From: Eimeria praecox
Taxonomy: Eukaryota
NCBI GenBank assembly: GCA_963920595.1
Contig: OY986946.1
Span: 62,001 to 126,000, forward strand
Length of the DNA stretch: 64,000 nt
Direction of reading: 5' to 3'
Part shown: in pieces, positions 11,258-24,300 of the stretch
Layout of the letters: each line of letters opens with the position of its first letter
How positions within the stretch are numbered: position 1 is the stretch's first letter
Made by a program: the position numbers and the translations under genes
Notes under the pieces: model-generated
Database searches by the model: none
What the model was told of the DNA's origin: nothing
What the model saw: only the letters and a program-made list of their open reading frames with translations

Positions 11258-14200
11258 CAGGCCATTCGATGTGGGTCCCCTGCACAGGACAGGTGGCATC
11301 TCACATAACCACGCTTGCCGGCAAAAACTAATGCGTCTAACGAAGCCCATAGTCTAGTTGCCCGCTAAGCATACCACTTATCGTGCTGCGCAAATACAGC
11401 CAATCAATTCAAGAACCTGTTACTGCTCTGCTCTATCTCGCACACTCATATAACGCATTGAAGCACTCAACTCAAGTACACACACTAAGAAAAGCGCCAT
11501 CAAGCACAAGGAGCTCCTTCTGCTCCTCTCACTCCCAACATTCAAGTTCGTACCCATGCAGATGCACATCCATGCCTGTTCGCATACAAGCTGGAAAGGA
11601 ACAGTACACAACATAAGCATACCAAAGAGTGAAGCATCGTCCGGAGTACCCAGTGGCGCTAAAAGCTGTTAGAGCTGCTAAATGCTCCGCATCTGCGCAC
11701 CCCGGCCAGCCTATTCTATACATACTTGCTGCGCAAAAATCACAGAAGGCCAACGCAAGGCAGGGTCTTCACAAAGCCCTCGCATACGCACACAAGCAAA
11801 TAAAGTGCGCAGCCGCACGATTCTCACGCGTCTACGTTTTCTACGTTACCGCCAGATACTCCGTATTCGTCATCAGCAAACGGGTCAGACGACAGCCAGG
11901 GCACGCGAATCAGGCCGTACCTTAGTATGAACTGCAAAGCAGTTCAGCTGGCTGTTCGGGTCAAGCTTGTAGAGCTGCCGATCTTGAGAAGAGCAACAAA
12001 ACGCGAGACTGTCAAAGTATCCGGGACATAGCACTTCCACGCAGGTAAACGGCCTGCTATCTCCTAGTTTGCAGGGCTATCACCGCCTCGCCGTGGCATA
12101 GCGAGCTTGACGAAAACGAAGTGGCACATTCATAAGGTGGGCCTATGCCAAACGCAAAACAGTTGAACTGCCCTCACATACACGGGCATGTCTGCCTTCA
12201 CTACCCTCTGTTCCGCCATTTGTGTTAGAGAATGACAGCAGCAAGCTGCGGGTCCCCTGTTCGTTTGTGCAAGCGCCATGGAATCCTACAAATGTGGCGT
12301 TGGATGGGGCTTCTGCTGCCTGTGCCCTCTCTACGACCGGTAGCCTTTAAACGAGATCCCTGCACACATAACCAGGCAAAAAGGCTCTGTTGATGAACAA
12401 ATCGCGTGTCGAAATATCCTGTGCAAACAGGTAGCAAACGAAGGCAAGAAGAGAGGAAACGGAATTTCTACGTCCTCTCGCATTGCATGTCCACAAATTT
12501 GCATGCACTCATGCATGCATCTATAACTACCATCAAACAGCCTTAATCCTAGCAGTATGCACAACTAAGCAAAGAAAAGGAGTTTGCTTCAGGCGCTCCA
12601 GACATGCTACAAACCGTAGAGCTGCCCAACCCTCCTCACCTAAACAACCCTGGTAGCTAGTTTCACGCATACTCTCTGTAGGAGAAAGCGCGCGGATTTA
12701 ACTCCAGAAAAGGCTTCCGTACACCGTGCTCATACACTCACATGCAGAAGTAGCGTATCCCAGGGAGGCCTACACATACAGCTTCTCTATCTCGCAGCCA
12801 AGCACCGGAAGTACGTATACCGGTTGACGAAGCCTAGTCCAACCAAGGCAAGCAAACCAAGTCACCGTTTTCCATCCACTGCACAACGATGCAGCTGGCT
12901 AATTGTGACTTCCTTGTCAATTCAATGACATATGACCTTGCAAGGACAATCGAAAATATTGAGCCCATCCGAAAGACATTACATGGCCGCGTCTGCCTGC
13001 CTAAAGGTGCTACGAACACTATGCTCTGGTATGCCGAGCTTGTACGAAAGTGCATAACGGCATCATACTGTTTGTCCACCCCGAATACGAGACAGCTTGC
13101 TTAATCACGTCGGCCCGAAAACAGTTGCCTGCTCTACGATTTGCGCGCCCTTCCGTTTCACCCGACAGCGGCAAAAAAAAGCAACAGAAAGCAACAGATT
13201 AGGCATTCCTCCTTGTGCATGCGCCATGCGGACCTACACAAATCGCCGTGGTTGTTGTGTAGAAAACGGTCCGGCATTCGGTATTGTTGTACTTCGCAGA
13301 ACAGTTGCCATGCTACGAGACCGGGGTGTTCCACTATGCAACTCGGCCTCTGTCAAGATTTCCCGAGTAGCCGTCCGGTCCCCCTAGCACTTATTGCGTT
13401 GTGTATAAGCTTGTTCAGCGAGTCACTAAGATTCTTTGCTTTCTCAGATACTGTTTGGCAACCGCACATCGCCTGTCGCAACAAGCTGCCAAAGCTGATA
13501 CCATGCCAAAGCGCATGCAAAACGAAGCGAAATTCGTTTAATCACAGGATTACTTCGGATACTTCACAGGCGCTACAAACCGGTCGACCTAGTAAACGCT
13601 TCGCGCACCTCACCTTCGGACGTCAATCACATGCATACTCTCTGCCCAGAAAAGGATAGCATAGAAATCATACGAAGCAGTTCGCAGCACAGCGCCTGTA
13701 CGTGCAAGCAAACAAACTCTAGAATCGAATAATGAGCCCACCCTCAACCTATCTGCCTAGCCGCCCAATACGTTGAATACGTGCATTGGAAAGAAGAGCT
13801 GATTTACACCAAGGCAAGGCCAGCACACCGAACTCAAGCTTTATCCCAAATGCACAACGATGCACCTGGATCTATATGACGCCCTGCTGAACCGTTTCGT
13901 TCCGGAAAACCAGTGGCAATTGAAAATGTTCACTACATCTTCCAGATACCAGGTGAGTGTACACCAGAGGCCTTCTCCCCCCCTGCCCCTCCCTATACCC
14001 TTGTGCTACAGACGCGTTGCTCTGATATGCTCAGCTAGAACCAACATGAGTGAGATATTCAGAATCTACACTTATGCCGAATACAAAGCAGCTTGTTTAA
14101 TCTCGCCGAAGCAGAAACACCCGCCTGCGCGACGAATCCCTGCTCCTTCTATGCTCCACCCAGTAGCTACACACTGAGCTGCAAGTGTCGTAGGCACGGG

Positions 14201-17200
14201 ACTCACGTTAAATAAATATCATGCAGATTTTCGCAGCCCGTGTCCTTCATTCTGCTGGAACAGGCAGGCCATTCGATATGGGTGCCCTGCACAGGACAGG
14301 TGGCATCTCACATAACCACGCTTGCCGGCAAAAACTAATGCGTCTAACGAAGCCCATAGTCTAGTTGCCCGCTAAGCATACCACTTATCGTGCTGCGCAA
14401 ATACAGCCAATCAATTTAAGAACCTGTTACTGCTCTGCTCTATCTCGCACACTCATATAACGCATTGAAGCACTCAACTCAAGTACACACACTAAGAAAA
14501 GCGCCATCAAGCACAAGGAGCTCCTTCTGCTCCTCTCACTCCCAACATTCAAGTTCGTACTCATGCAGATGCACATCCATGCCTGTTCGCATACAAGCTG
14601 GAAAGGAACAGTACACAGCATAAGCATACCAAAGAGTGAACCATCGTCCGGAGTACCCAGTGGCGCTAAAAGCTGTTAGAGCTGCTAAATGCTCCGCATC
14701 TGCGCACCCCGGCCAGCCTATTATGCGCATACGTCCTGGGCAAAAAACCACACAAGGCCAACGCAAGGCAGGGCCTTCACAAAGCCCTCGCATACGCACA
14801 CAAGCAAACAAAGTGCGCAGCCGCACGATTCTCACGCATCTACGTTTTCTACGTTACCGCCAGATACTCCGTATTCGTCATCAGCAAACGGGCCAGACGA
14901 CAGCCAGGGCACGCGAATCAGGCCGTTCCTTAGTATGAACTGCAAAGCAGTTCAGCTGGCTGTGCGGGTCAAACTTGTAGAGCTGCCGATCTTGAGAAGA
15001 GCGACAAAACGCGAGACTGTCAAAGTATCCGGGACATAGCACTTCCACGCAGGTAAACGGCCTGCTATCTCCTAGTCTGCAGAGCTATCACTGCCCCGCC
15101 GTGGCGTAGCGAGCTTGACGAAAACGAAGTGGTACATTCATAAGGTGGGCCTATGCCAAACGCAAAACAGTTGAACTGCCCTCACATACACGGGCATGTC
15201 TGCCTTCACTACCCTCTGTTCCGCCATTTGTGTTAGAGAATGACAGCAGCAAGCTGCGGGTCCCCTGTTCGTTTGTGCAAGCGCCATGGAATCCTACAAA
15301 TGTGGCGTTGGATGGGGCTTCTGCTGCCTGTGCCCTCTCTACGACCGGTAGCCTTTAAACGAGATCCCTGCACACATAACCAGGCAAAAAGGCTCTGTTG
15401 ATGAACAAATCGCGTGTCGAAATATCCTGTGCAAACAGGTAGCAAACGAAGGCAAGAAGAGAGGAAACGGAATTTCTACGTCCTCTCGCATTGCATGTCC
15501 ACAAATTTGCATGCACTCATGCATGCATCTATAACTACCATCAAACAGCCTTAATCCTAGCAGTATGCACAACTAAGCAAAGAAAAGGAGTTTGCTTCAG
15601 GCGCTCCAGACATGCTACAAACCGTAGAGCTGCCCAACCCTCCTCACCTAAACAACCCTGGTAGCTAGTTTCACGCATACTCTCTGTAGGAGAAAGCGCG
15701 CGGATTTAACTCCAGAAAAGGCTTCCGTACACCGTGCTCATACACTCACATGCAGAAGTAGCGTATCCCAGGGAGGCCTACACATACAGCTTCTCTATCT
15801 CGCAGCCAAGCACCGGAAGTACGTATACCGGTTGACGAAGCCTAGTCCAACCAAGGCAAGCAAACCAAGTCACCGTTTTCCATCCACTGCACAACGATGC
15901 AGCTGGCTAATTGTGACTTCCTTGTCAATTCAATGACATATGACCTTGCAAGGACAATCGAAAATATTGAGCCCATCCGAAAGACATTACATGGCCGCGT
16001 CTGCCTGCCTAAAGGTGCTACGAACACTATGCTCTGGTATGCCGAGCTTGTACGAAAGTGCATAACGGCATCATACTGTTTGCCCACCCCGAATACGAGA
16101 CAGCTTGCTTAATCACGTCGGCCCGAAAACAGTTGCCTGCTCTACGATTTGCGCGCCCTTCCGTTTCACCCGACAGCGGCAAAAAAAAGCAACAGAAAGC
16201 AACAGATTAGGCATTCCTCCTTGTGCATGCGCCATGCGGACCTACACAAATCGCCGTGGTTGTTGTGTAGAAAACGGTCCGGCATTCGGTATTGTTGTAC
16301 TTCGCAGAACAGTTGCCATGCTACGAGACCGGGGTGTTCCACTATGCAACTCGGCCTCTGTCAAGATTTCCCGAGTAGCCGTCCGGTCCCCCTAGCACTT
16401 ATTGCGTTGTGTATAAGCTTGTTCAGCGAGTCACTAAGATTCTTTGCTTTCTCAGATACTGTTTGGCAACCGCACATCGCCTGTCGCAACAAGCTGCCAA
16501 AGCTGATACCATGCCAAAGCGCATGCAAAACGAAGCGAAATTCGTTTAATCACAGGATTACTTCGGATACTTCACAGGTGCTACAAACCGGTCGACCTAG
16601 TAAACGCTTCGCGCACCTCACCTTCGGAAGTCAATCACATGCATACTCTCTGCCCAGAAAAGGATAGCATAGAAATCATACGAAGCAGTTCGCAGCACAG
16701 CGCCTGTATGTGCAAGCAAACAAACTCTAGAATCGAATAATGAGCCCACCCTCAACCTATCTGCCTAGCCGCCCAATACGTTGAATACGTGCATTGGAAA
16801 GAAGAGCTGATTTACACCAAGGCAAGGCCAGCACACCGAACTCAAGCTTTATCCCAAATGCACAACGATGCACCTGGATCTATATGACGCCCTGCTGAAC
16901 CGTTTCGTTCCGGAAAACCAGTGGCAATTGAAAATGTTCACTACATCTTCCAGATACCAGGTGAGTGTACACCAGAGGCCTTCTCCCCCCCTGCCCCTCC
17001 CTATACCCTTGTGCTACAGACGCTTTGCTCTGATATGCTCAGCTAGAACCAACATGAGTGAGATATTCAGAATCTACACTTATGCCGAATACAAAGCAGC
17101 TTGTTTAATCTCGCCGAAGCAGAAACACCCGCCTGCGCGACGAATCCCTGCTCCTTCTATGCTCCACCCAGTAGCTACACACTGAGCTGCAAGTGTCGTA

Positions 17201-18314
17201 GGCACGGGACTCACGTTAAATAAATATCATGCAGATTTTCGCAGCCCGTGTCCTTCATTCTGCTGGAACAGGCAGGCCATTCGATATGGGTCCCCTGCAC
17301 AGGACAGGTGGCATCTCACATAACCACGCTTGCCGGCAAAAACTAATGCGTCTAACGAAGCCCATAGTCTAGTTGCCCGCTAAGCATACCACTTATCGTG
17401 CTGCGCAAATACAGCCAATCAATTCAAGAACCTGTTACTGCTCTGCTCTATCTCGCACACTCATATAACGCATTGAAGCACTCAACTCAAGTACACACAC
17501 TAAGAAAAGCGCCATCAAGCACAAGGAGCTCCTTCTGCTCCTCTCACTCCCAACATTTAAGTTCGTACTCATGCAGATGCACATCCATGCCTGTTCGCAT
17601 ACAAGCTGGAAAGGAACAGTACACAACATAAGCATACCAAAGAGTGAAGCATCGTCCGGAGTACCCAGTGGCGCTAAAAGCTGTTAGAGCTGCTAAATGC
17701 TCCGCATCTGCGCACCCCGGCCAGCCTATTCTATACACACTTGCTGCGCAAAAATCACAGAAGGCCAACGCAAGGCAGGGTCTTCACAAAGCCCTCGCAT
17801 ACGCACACAAGCAAATAAAGTGCGCAGCCGCACGATTCTCACGCATCTACGTTTTCTACGTTACCGCCAGATACTCCGTATTCGTCATCAGCAAACGGGC
17901 CAGACGACAGCCAGGGCACGCGAATCAGGCCGTACCTTAGTATGAACTGCAAAGCAGTTCAGCTGGCTGTGCGGGTCAAGCTTGTAGAGCTGCCGACCTT
18001 GAGAAGAGCAACAAAACGCGAGACTGTCAAAGTATCCGGGACATAGCACTTCCACGCAGGTAAACGGCCTGCTATCTCCTAGTTTGCAGAGCTATCACTG
18101 CCCCGCCGTGGCGTAGCGAGCTTGACGAAAACGAAGTGGCACATTCATAAGGTGGGCCTATGCCAAACGCAAAACAGTTGAACTGCCCTCACATACACGG
18201 GCATGTCTGCTTTCACTACCCTCTGCACCGCCATTTGTGTTAGAGAATGACAGCAGCAAGCTGCGGGTCCCCTGTTCGTTTGTGCAGGCGCCATGGAATC
18301 CTACAAATGTGGCG
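11258..18314. repeat. 3007/3008-bp tandem unit Y (three diverged monomers), 2.35 copies
   Basis: CAGGCCATTCGAT start at 11258, 14265 and 17273. Cores at 11721, 12668 and 13634 in the first unit. Confidence 0.97.
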
Positions 18315-21300
18315 CTGAGTCCCCCATCCACCGCGGCTGTCTCCCTTACTGCCCTTTCGCGTAGAACAGATCACGTCATGCAAGAACGGGCAAAACGTGA
18401 ATTGTGCTAAACGTTTGGCAGGAGTCACCGTGTAGTCGCTGTTCCCTCTTGCCACGTATTGCGCTGCAGATATACAACCTAACGAATCCACTGTCGTTGC
18501 TTGAACTCTCAGGCTCCGCTTGGCGGATGCACATCGGGTGTCGAAACACACCCTAACAGGAGATACAGCAGAAGAGCACGCTTAAAGGTAAAGGGAGCTT
18601 CTGCCTCCCCTCATACTGCAAGTTCACAAATTTACATGCATTTATGCATCTACGCCTAGCAGCCGACAGCCTGAAATGTACTTGCACGCGGAACTGCACC
18701 ATGAAAAAGAATTGGCTCTAGGTGCCGCTGATTGGCCGCAAGTTGTTAGAGGTGCTTATCGCGTTTCATCCATGCAACCCCGGCAGCTAATTATGTGCAT
18801 ACCTCCTGGCCAAAACCGCGCAACACCGCAACGCCAGAGATGGCTTCGCCACATGCACACAAGCAAGATGGTGCTTTCACATCCAGGTTCTCTACCTCGC
18901 CGCCAAACACTGCACATGCGAGCATCGTGAGACCTAGCTAATTCCACGCTAGGCAAGCGAACTTAGCCCAAGCATAGGAGCAACTGCACAGGGATGCAAT
19001 TGAATGGATGGGGCGCTCTTATAGATTGAACCATCTGGTAAGACCAATGATGCACGACGACCTTCACCACATCTGGCAATCACCATGCGCTTGGTGACCA
19101 AAGGCATGCCGCCCCTTTGCCTCTCAGCGCAATGGTTTAGCCCTATTAGGCATTCGCCATCTGCTGGTTAGTTCGAACAGAAATGACGAGTTGACAAATT
19201 GCAACTACCCGAAACACAAAACAGCATGCCTAATCTCGCCAAGACCGACGCACACTGCTGCATGAGGATGCGCTTGCGTTAGCTTTGGCTCCGTGAGAGC
19301 TTACACAATTCTTGATGCATCCGCAAGGCGTGCCTACTTTGAAAGCAAAGCGGCTTAACTGATTCCATTGATCTGGAAATACCCGCCTGAAGTGGGAGCC
19401 CTGCTCTCTTCCGTTCCTCAGCGACTACACGATAGCCTACAGATCCTGCGGTTTCTTTGTGCACGCCCGAAGCGCAAGTGAACAGCTCGTGCTGGAGCTT
19501 TGTTGGCGGCTAACCGCCATTCGCTACTCTTGCCGTCAATGGAACAGCTGCCTGAATGCATGGCCAGACTGGCCGTCAGTACTGCTGAGCCTTTTCCTTG
19601 AAAGGTACACTGCGTTGCCGCTGGTGTCTCGTGCCACTTATTACGCTCTACCTATATTCCCTGGCAACTGCACAGGCATCGGTCGCAGTGGCAAGCTCTG
19701 CCTTGAAAACGCATACCGCACGCCGAGACACTCCATATCCATAGATAGCCAAGATCACGGCGAAACTGGAGACACTCCTGTTGTATACCAAGCTGAAAGT
19801 CCACTAATTCGTCCCCATGCACATGCGATTTCCTGCCAACTCTCATACCACCTGAAGTGTAGTAATGGTTGATACCCACCAGCGGACCCAAAACATAGAC
19901 ACTTCTTCAAAACTACTTCAGGTGTCCTAGGTACTCTTCAAGCTACTAAACGCTTCGCGTCTGTGCGAGCACGGCAGCTAACGATGTGCATACTTCCTGG
20001 TCGCAACAGCGCACTATGCAGCGTCATAAAAGGCTTCGCTGCAAACGCCCCGTCCATGCACGAACACGAACTCCATAGCCTCACGATGCGCATGTATCTA
20101 CGTCCTCGGGCTGCCGTTATTAAACACTCCGTATTCGCACATCGGCAGACAAAACTGATCCCTACGCGGGCAAGCGAATAAACCCAAACATTATACCAGC
20201 CACACAGCAATCTGTTTGCCTGTGCATGTGCCTTGGACGGAGGCTTTCTCGCCCGAAGGCCAACAGGGGAATGCAAGGTGTTCACCACCTCTGGCTGACG
20301 CTATGCAAGTGCGGATAACAGTCCAGCGACCCCTTCGGCGATGCCTACTGTGTGGCAATGCCATTTATGTTTTGCGTTCATGCCTCCCTTAAGCCAAACC
20401 AAGTGGAACGCTCATGCATTTCACTGATTCCAAATAGAAAGCAATTCACTTAATCCGGATACCTCGGGATGTCCATCCTGACTTCCGTGTTACTCTGTTC
20501 TTTATGTGTCCCAGCCTTAACCTGCAGAGCTGCAACTGGCGCATGAATTGCCTTCCAGACCCCAGGCGGACCTTCTCAACTCCTATTCAGCGCGCAGCTG
20601 CAACCGCCAGGCCATTCGATGTGGGTCCCCTGCACAGGACAGGTGGCATCTCACATAACCACGCTTGCCGGCAAAAACTAATGCGTCTAACGAAGCCCAT
20701 AGTCTAGTTGCCCGCTAAGCATACCACTTATCGTGCTGCGCAAATACAGCCAATCAATTCAAGAACCTGTTACTGCTCTGCTCTATCTCGCACACTCATA
20801 TAACGCATTGAAGCACTCAACTCAAGTACACACACTAAGAAAAGCGCCATCAAGCACAAGGAGCTCCTTCTGCTCCTCTCACTCCCAACATTCAAGTTCG
20901 TACTCATGCAGATGCACATCCATGCCTGTTCGCATACAAGCTGGAAAGGAACAGTACACAACATAAGCATACCAAAGAGTGAACCATCGTCCGGAGTACC
21001 CAGTGGCGCTAAACGCTGTTAGAGCTGCTAAATGCTCCGCATCTGCGCACCCCGGCCAGCCTATTCTATACATACTTGCTGGGCAAAAATCACAGAAGGC
21101 CAACGCAAGGCAGGGTCTTCACAAAGCCCTCGCATACGCACACAAGCAAACAAAGTGCGCAGCCGCACGATTCTCACGCGTCTACGTTTTCTACGTTACC
21201 GCCAGATACTCCGTATTCGTCATCAGCAAACAGGCCAGACGACAGCCAGGGCGCGCGAATCAGGCCGTACCTTAGTATGAACTGCAAAGCAGTTCAGCTG

Positions 21301-24300
21301 GCTGTGCGGGTCAAGCTTGTAGAGCTGCCGACCTTGAGAAGAGCAACAAAACGCGAGACTGTCAAAGTATCCGGGACATAGCACTTCCACGCAGGTAAAC
21401 GGCCTGCTATCTCCTAGTCTGCAGAGCTATCACCGCCTCGCCATGGCGTAGCGAGCTTGACGAAAACGAAGTGGCACATTCATAAGGTGGGCCTATGCCA
21501 AACGCAAAACAGTTGAACTGCCCTCACATACACGGGCATGTCTGCCTTCACTACCCTCTGCACCGCCATTTGTGTTAGAGAATGACAGCAGCAAGCTGCG
21601 GGTCCCCTGTTCGTTTGTGCAAGCGCCATGGAATCCTACAAATGTGGCGTTGGATGGGGCTTCTGCTGCCTGTGCCCTCTCTACGACCGGTAGCCTTTAA
21701 ACGAGATCCCTGCACACATAACCAGGCAAAAAGGCTCTGTTGATGAACAAATTGCGTGTCGAAATATCCTGCACAAACAGGTAGCAAACGAAGGCAAGAA
21801 GAGAGGAAACGGAATTTCTACGTCCTCTCGCATTGCATGTCCACAAATTTGCATGCACTCATGCATGCATCTATAACTACCATCAAACAGCCTTAATCCT
21901 AGCAGTATGCACAACTAAGCAAAGAAAAGGAGTTTGCTTCAGGCGCTCCAGACATGCTACAAACCGTAGAGCTGCCCAACCCTCCTCACCTAAACAACCC
22001 TGGTAGCTAGTTTCACGCATACTCTCTGTAAGAGAAAGCGCGCGGATTTAACTCCAGAAAAGGCTTCCGTACACCGTGCTCATACACTCACATGCAGAAG
22101 TAGCGTATCCCAGGGAGGCCTACACATACAGCTTCTCTATCTCGCAGCCAAGCACCGGAAGTACGTATACCGGTTGACGAAGCCTAGTCCAACCAAGGCA
22201 AGCAAACCAAGTCACCGTTTTCCATCCACTGCACAACGATGCAGCTGGCTAATTGTGACTTCCTTGTCAATTCAATGACATATGACCTTGCAAGGACAAT
22301 CGAAAATATTGAGCCCATCCGAAAGACATTACATGGCCGCGTCTGCCTGCCTAAAGGTGCTACGAACACTATGCTCTGGTATGCCGAGCTTGTACGAAAG
22401 TGCATAACGGCATCATACTGTTTGTCCACCCCGAATACAAGACAGCTTGCTTAATCACGTCGGCCCGAAAACAGTTGCCTGCTCTACGATTTGCGCGCCC
22501 TTCCGTTTCACCCGACAGCGGCAAAAAAAAGCAACAGAAAGCAACAGATTAGGCATTCCTCCTTGTGCATGCGCCATGCGGACCTACACAAATCGCCGTG
22601 GTTGTTGTGTAGAAAACGGTCCGGCATTCGGTATTGTTGTACTTCGCAGAACAGTTGCCATGCTACGAGACCGGGGTGTTCCACTATGCAACTCGGCCTC
22701 TGTCAAGATTTCCCGAGTAGCCGTCCGGTCCCCCTAGCACTTATTGCGTTGTGTATAAGCTTGTTCAGCGAGTCACTAAGATTCTTTGCTTTCTCAGATA
22801 CTGTTTGGCAACCGCACATCGCCTGTCGCAACAAGCTGCCAAAGCTGATACCATGCCAAAGCGCATGCAAAACGAAGCGAAATTCGTTTAATCACAGGAT
22901 TACTTCGGATACTTCACAGGTGCTACAAACCGGTCGACCTAGTAAACGCTTCGCGCACCTCACCTTCGGAAGTCAATCACATGCATACTCTCTGCCCAGA
23001 AAAGGATAGCATAGAAATCATACGAAGCAGTTCGCAGCACAGCGCCTTTATGTGCAAGCAAACAAACTCTAGAATCGAATAATGAGCCCACCCTCAACCT
23101 ATCTGCCTAGCCGCCCAATACGTTGAATACGTGCATTGGAAAGAAGAGCTGATTTACACCAAGGCAAGGCCAGCACACCGAACTCAAGCTTTATCCCAAA
23201 TGCACAACGATGCACCTGGATCTATATGACGCCCTGCTGAACCGTTTCGTTCCGGAAAACCAGTGGCAATTGAAAATGTTCACTACATCTTCCAGATACC
23301 AGGTGAGTGTACACCAGAGGCCTTCTCCCCCCCTGCCCCTCCCTATACCCTTGTGCTACAGACGCTTTGCTCTGATATGCTCAGCTAGAACCAACATGAG
23401 TGAGATATTCAGAATCTACACTTATGCCGAATACAAAGCAGCTTGTTTAATCTCGCCGAAGCAGAAACACCCGCCTGCGCGACGAATCCCTGCTCCTTCT
23501 ATGCTCCACCCAGTAGCTACACACTGAGCTGCAAGTGTCGTAGGCACGGGACTCACGTTAAATAAATATCATGCAGATTTTCGCAGCCCGTGTCCTTCAT
23601 TCTGCTGGAACAGGCAGGCCATTCGATATGGGTCCCCTGCACAGGACAGGTGGCATCTCACATAACCACGCTTGCCGGCAAAAACTAATGCGTCTAACGA
23701 AGCCCATAGTCTAGTTGCCCGCTAAGCATACCACTTATCGTGCTGCGCAAATACAGCCAATCAATTCAAGAACCTGTTACTGCTCTGCTCTATCTCGCAC
23801 ACTCATATAACGCATTGAAGCACTCAACTCAAGTACACACACTAAGAAAAGCGCCATCAAGCACAAGGAGCTCCTTCTGCTCCTCTCACTCCCAACATTT
23901 AAGTTCGTACTCATGCAGATGCACATCCATGCCTGTTCGCATACAAGCTGGAAAGGAACAGTACACAACATAAGCATACCAAAGAGTGAAGCATCGTCCG
24001 GAGTACCCAGTGGCGCTAAAAGCTGTTAGAGCTGCTAAATGCTCCGCATCTGCGCACCCCGGCCAGCCTATTATGCGCATACGTCCTGGGCAAAAAACCA
24101 CACAAGGCCAACGCAAGGCAGGGTCTTCACAAAGCCCTCGCATACGCACACAAGCAAACAAAGTGCGCAGCCGCACGATTCTCACGCATCTACGTTTTCT
24201 ACGTTACCGCCAGATACTCCGTATTCGTCATCAGCAAACGGGCCAGACGACAGCCAGGGCACGCGAATCAGGCCGTACCTTAGTATGAACTGCAAAGCAG

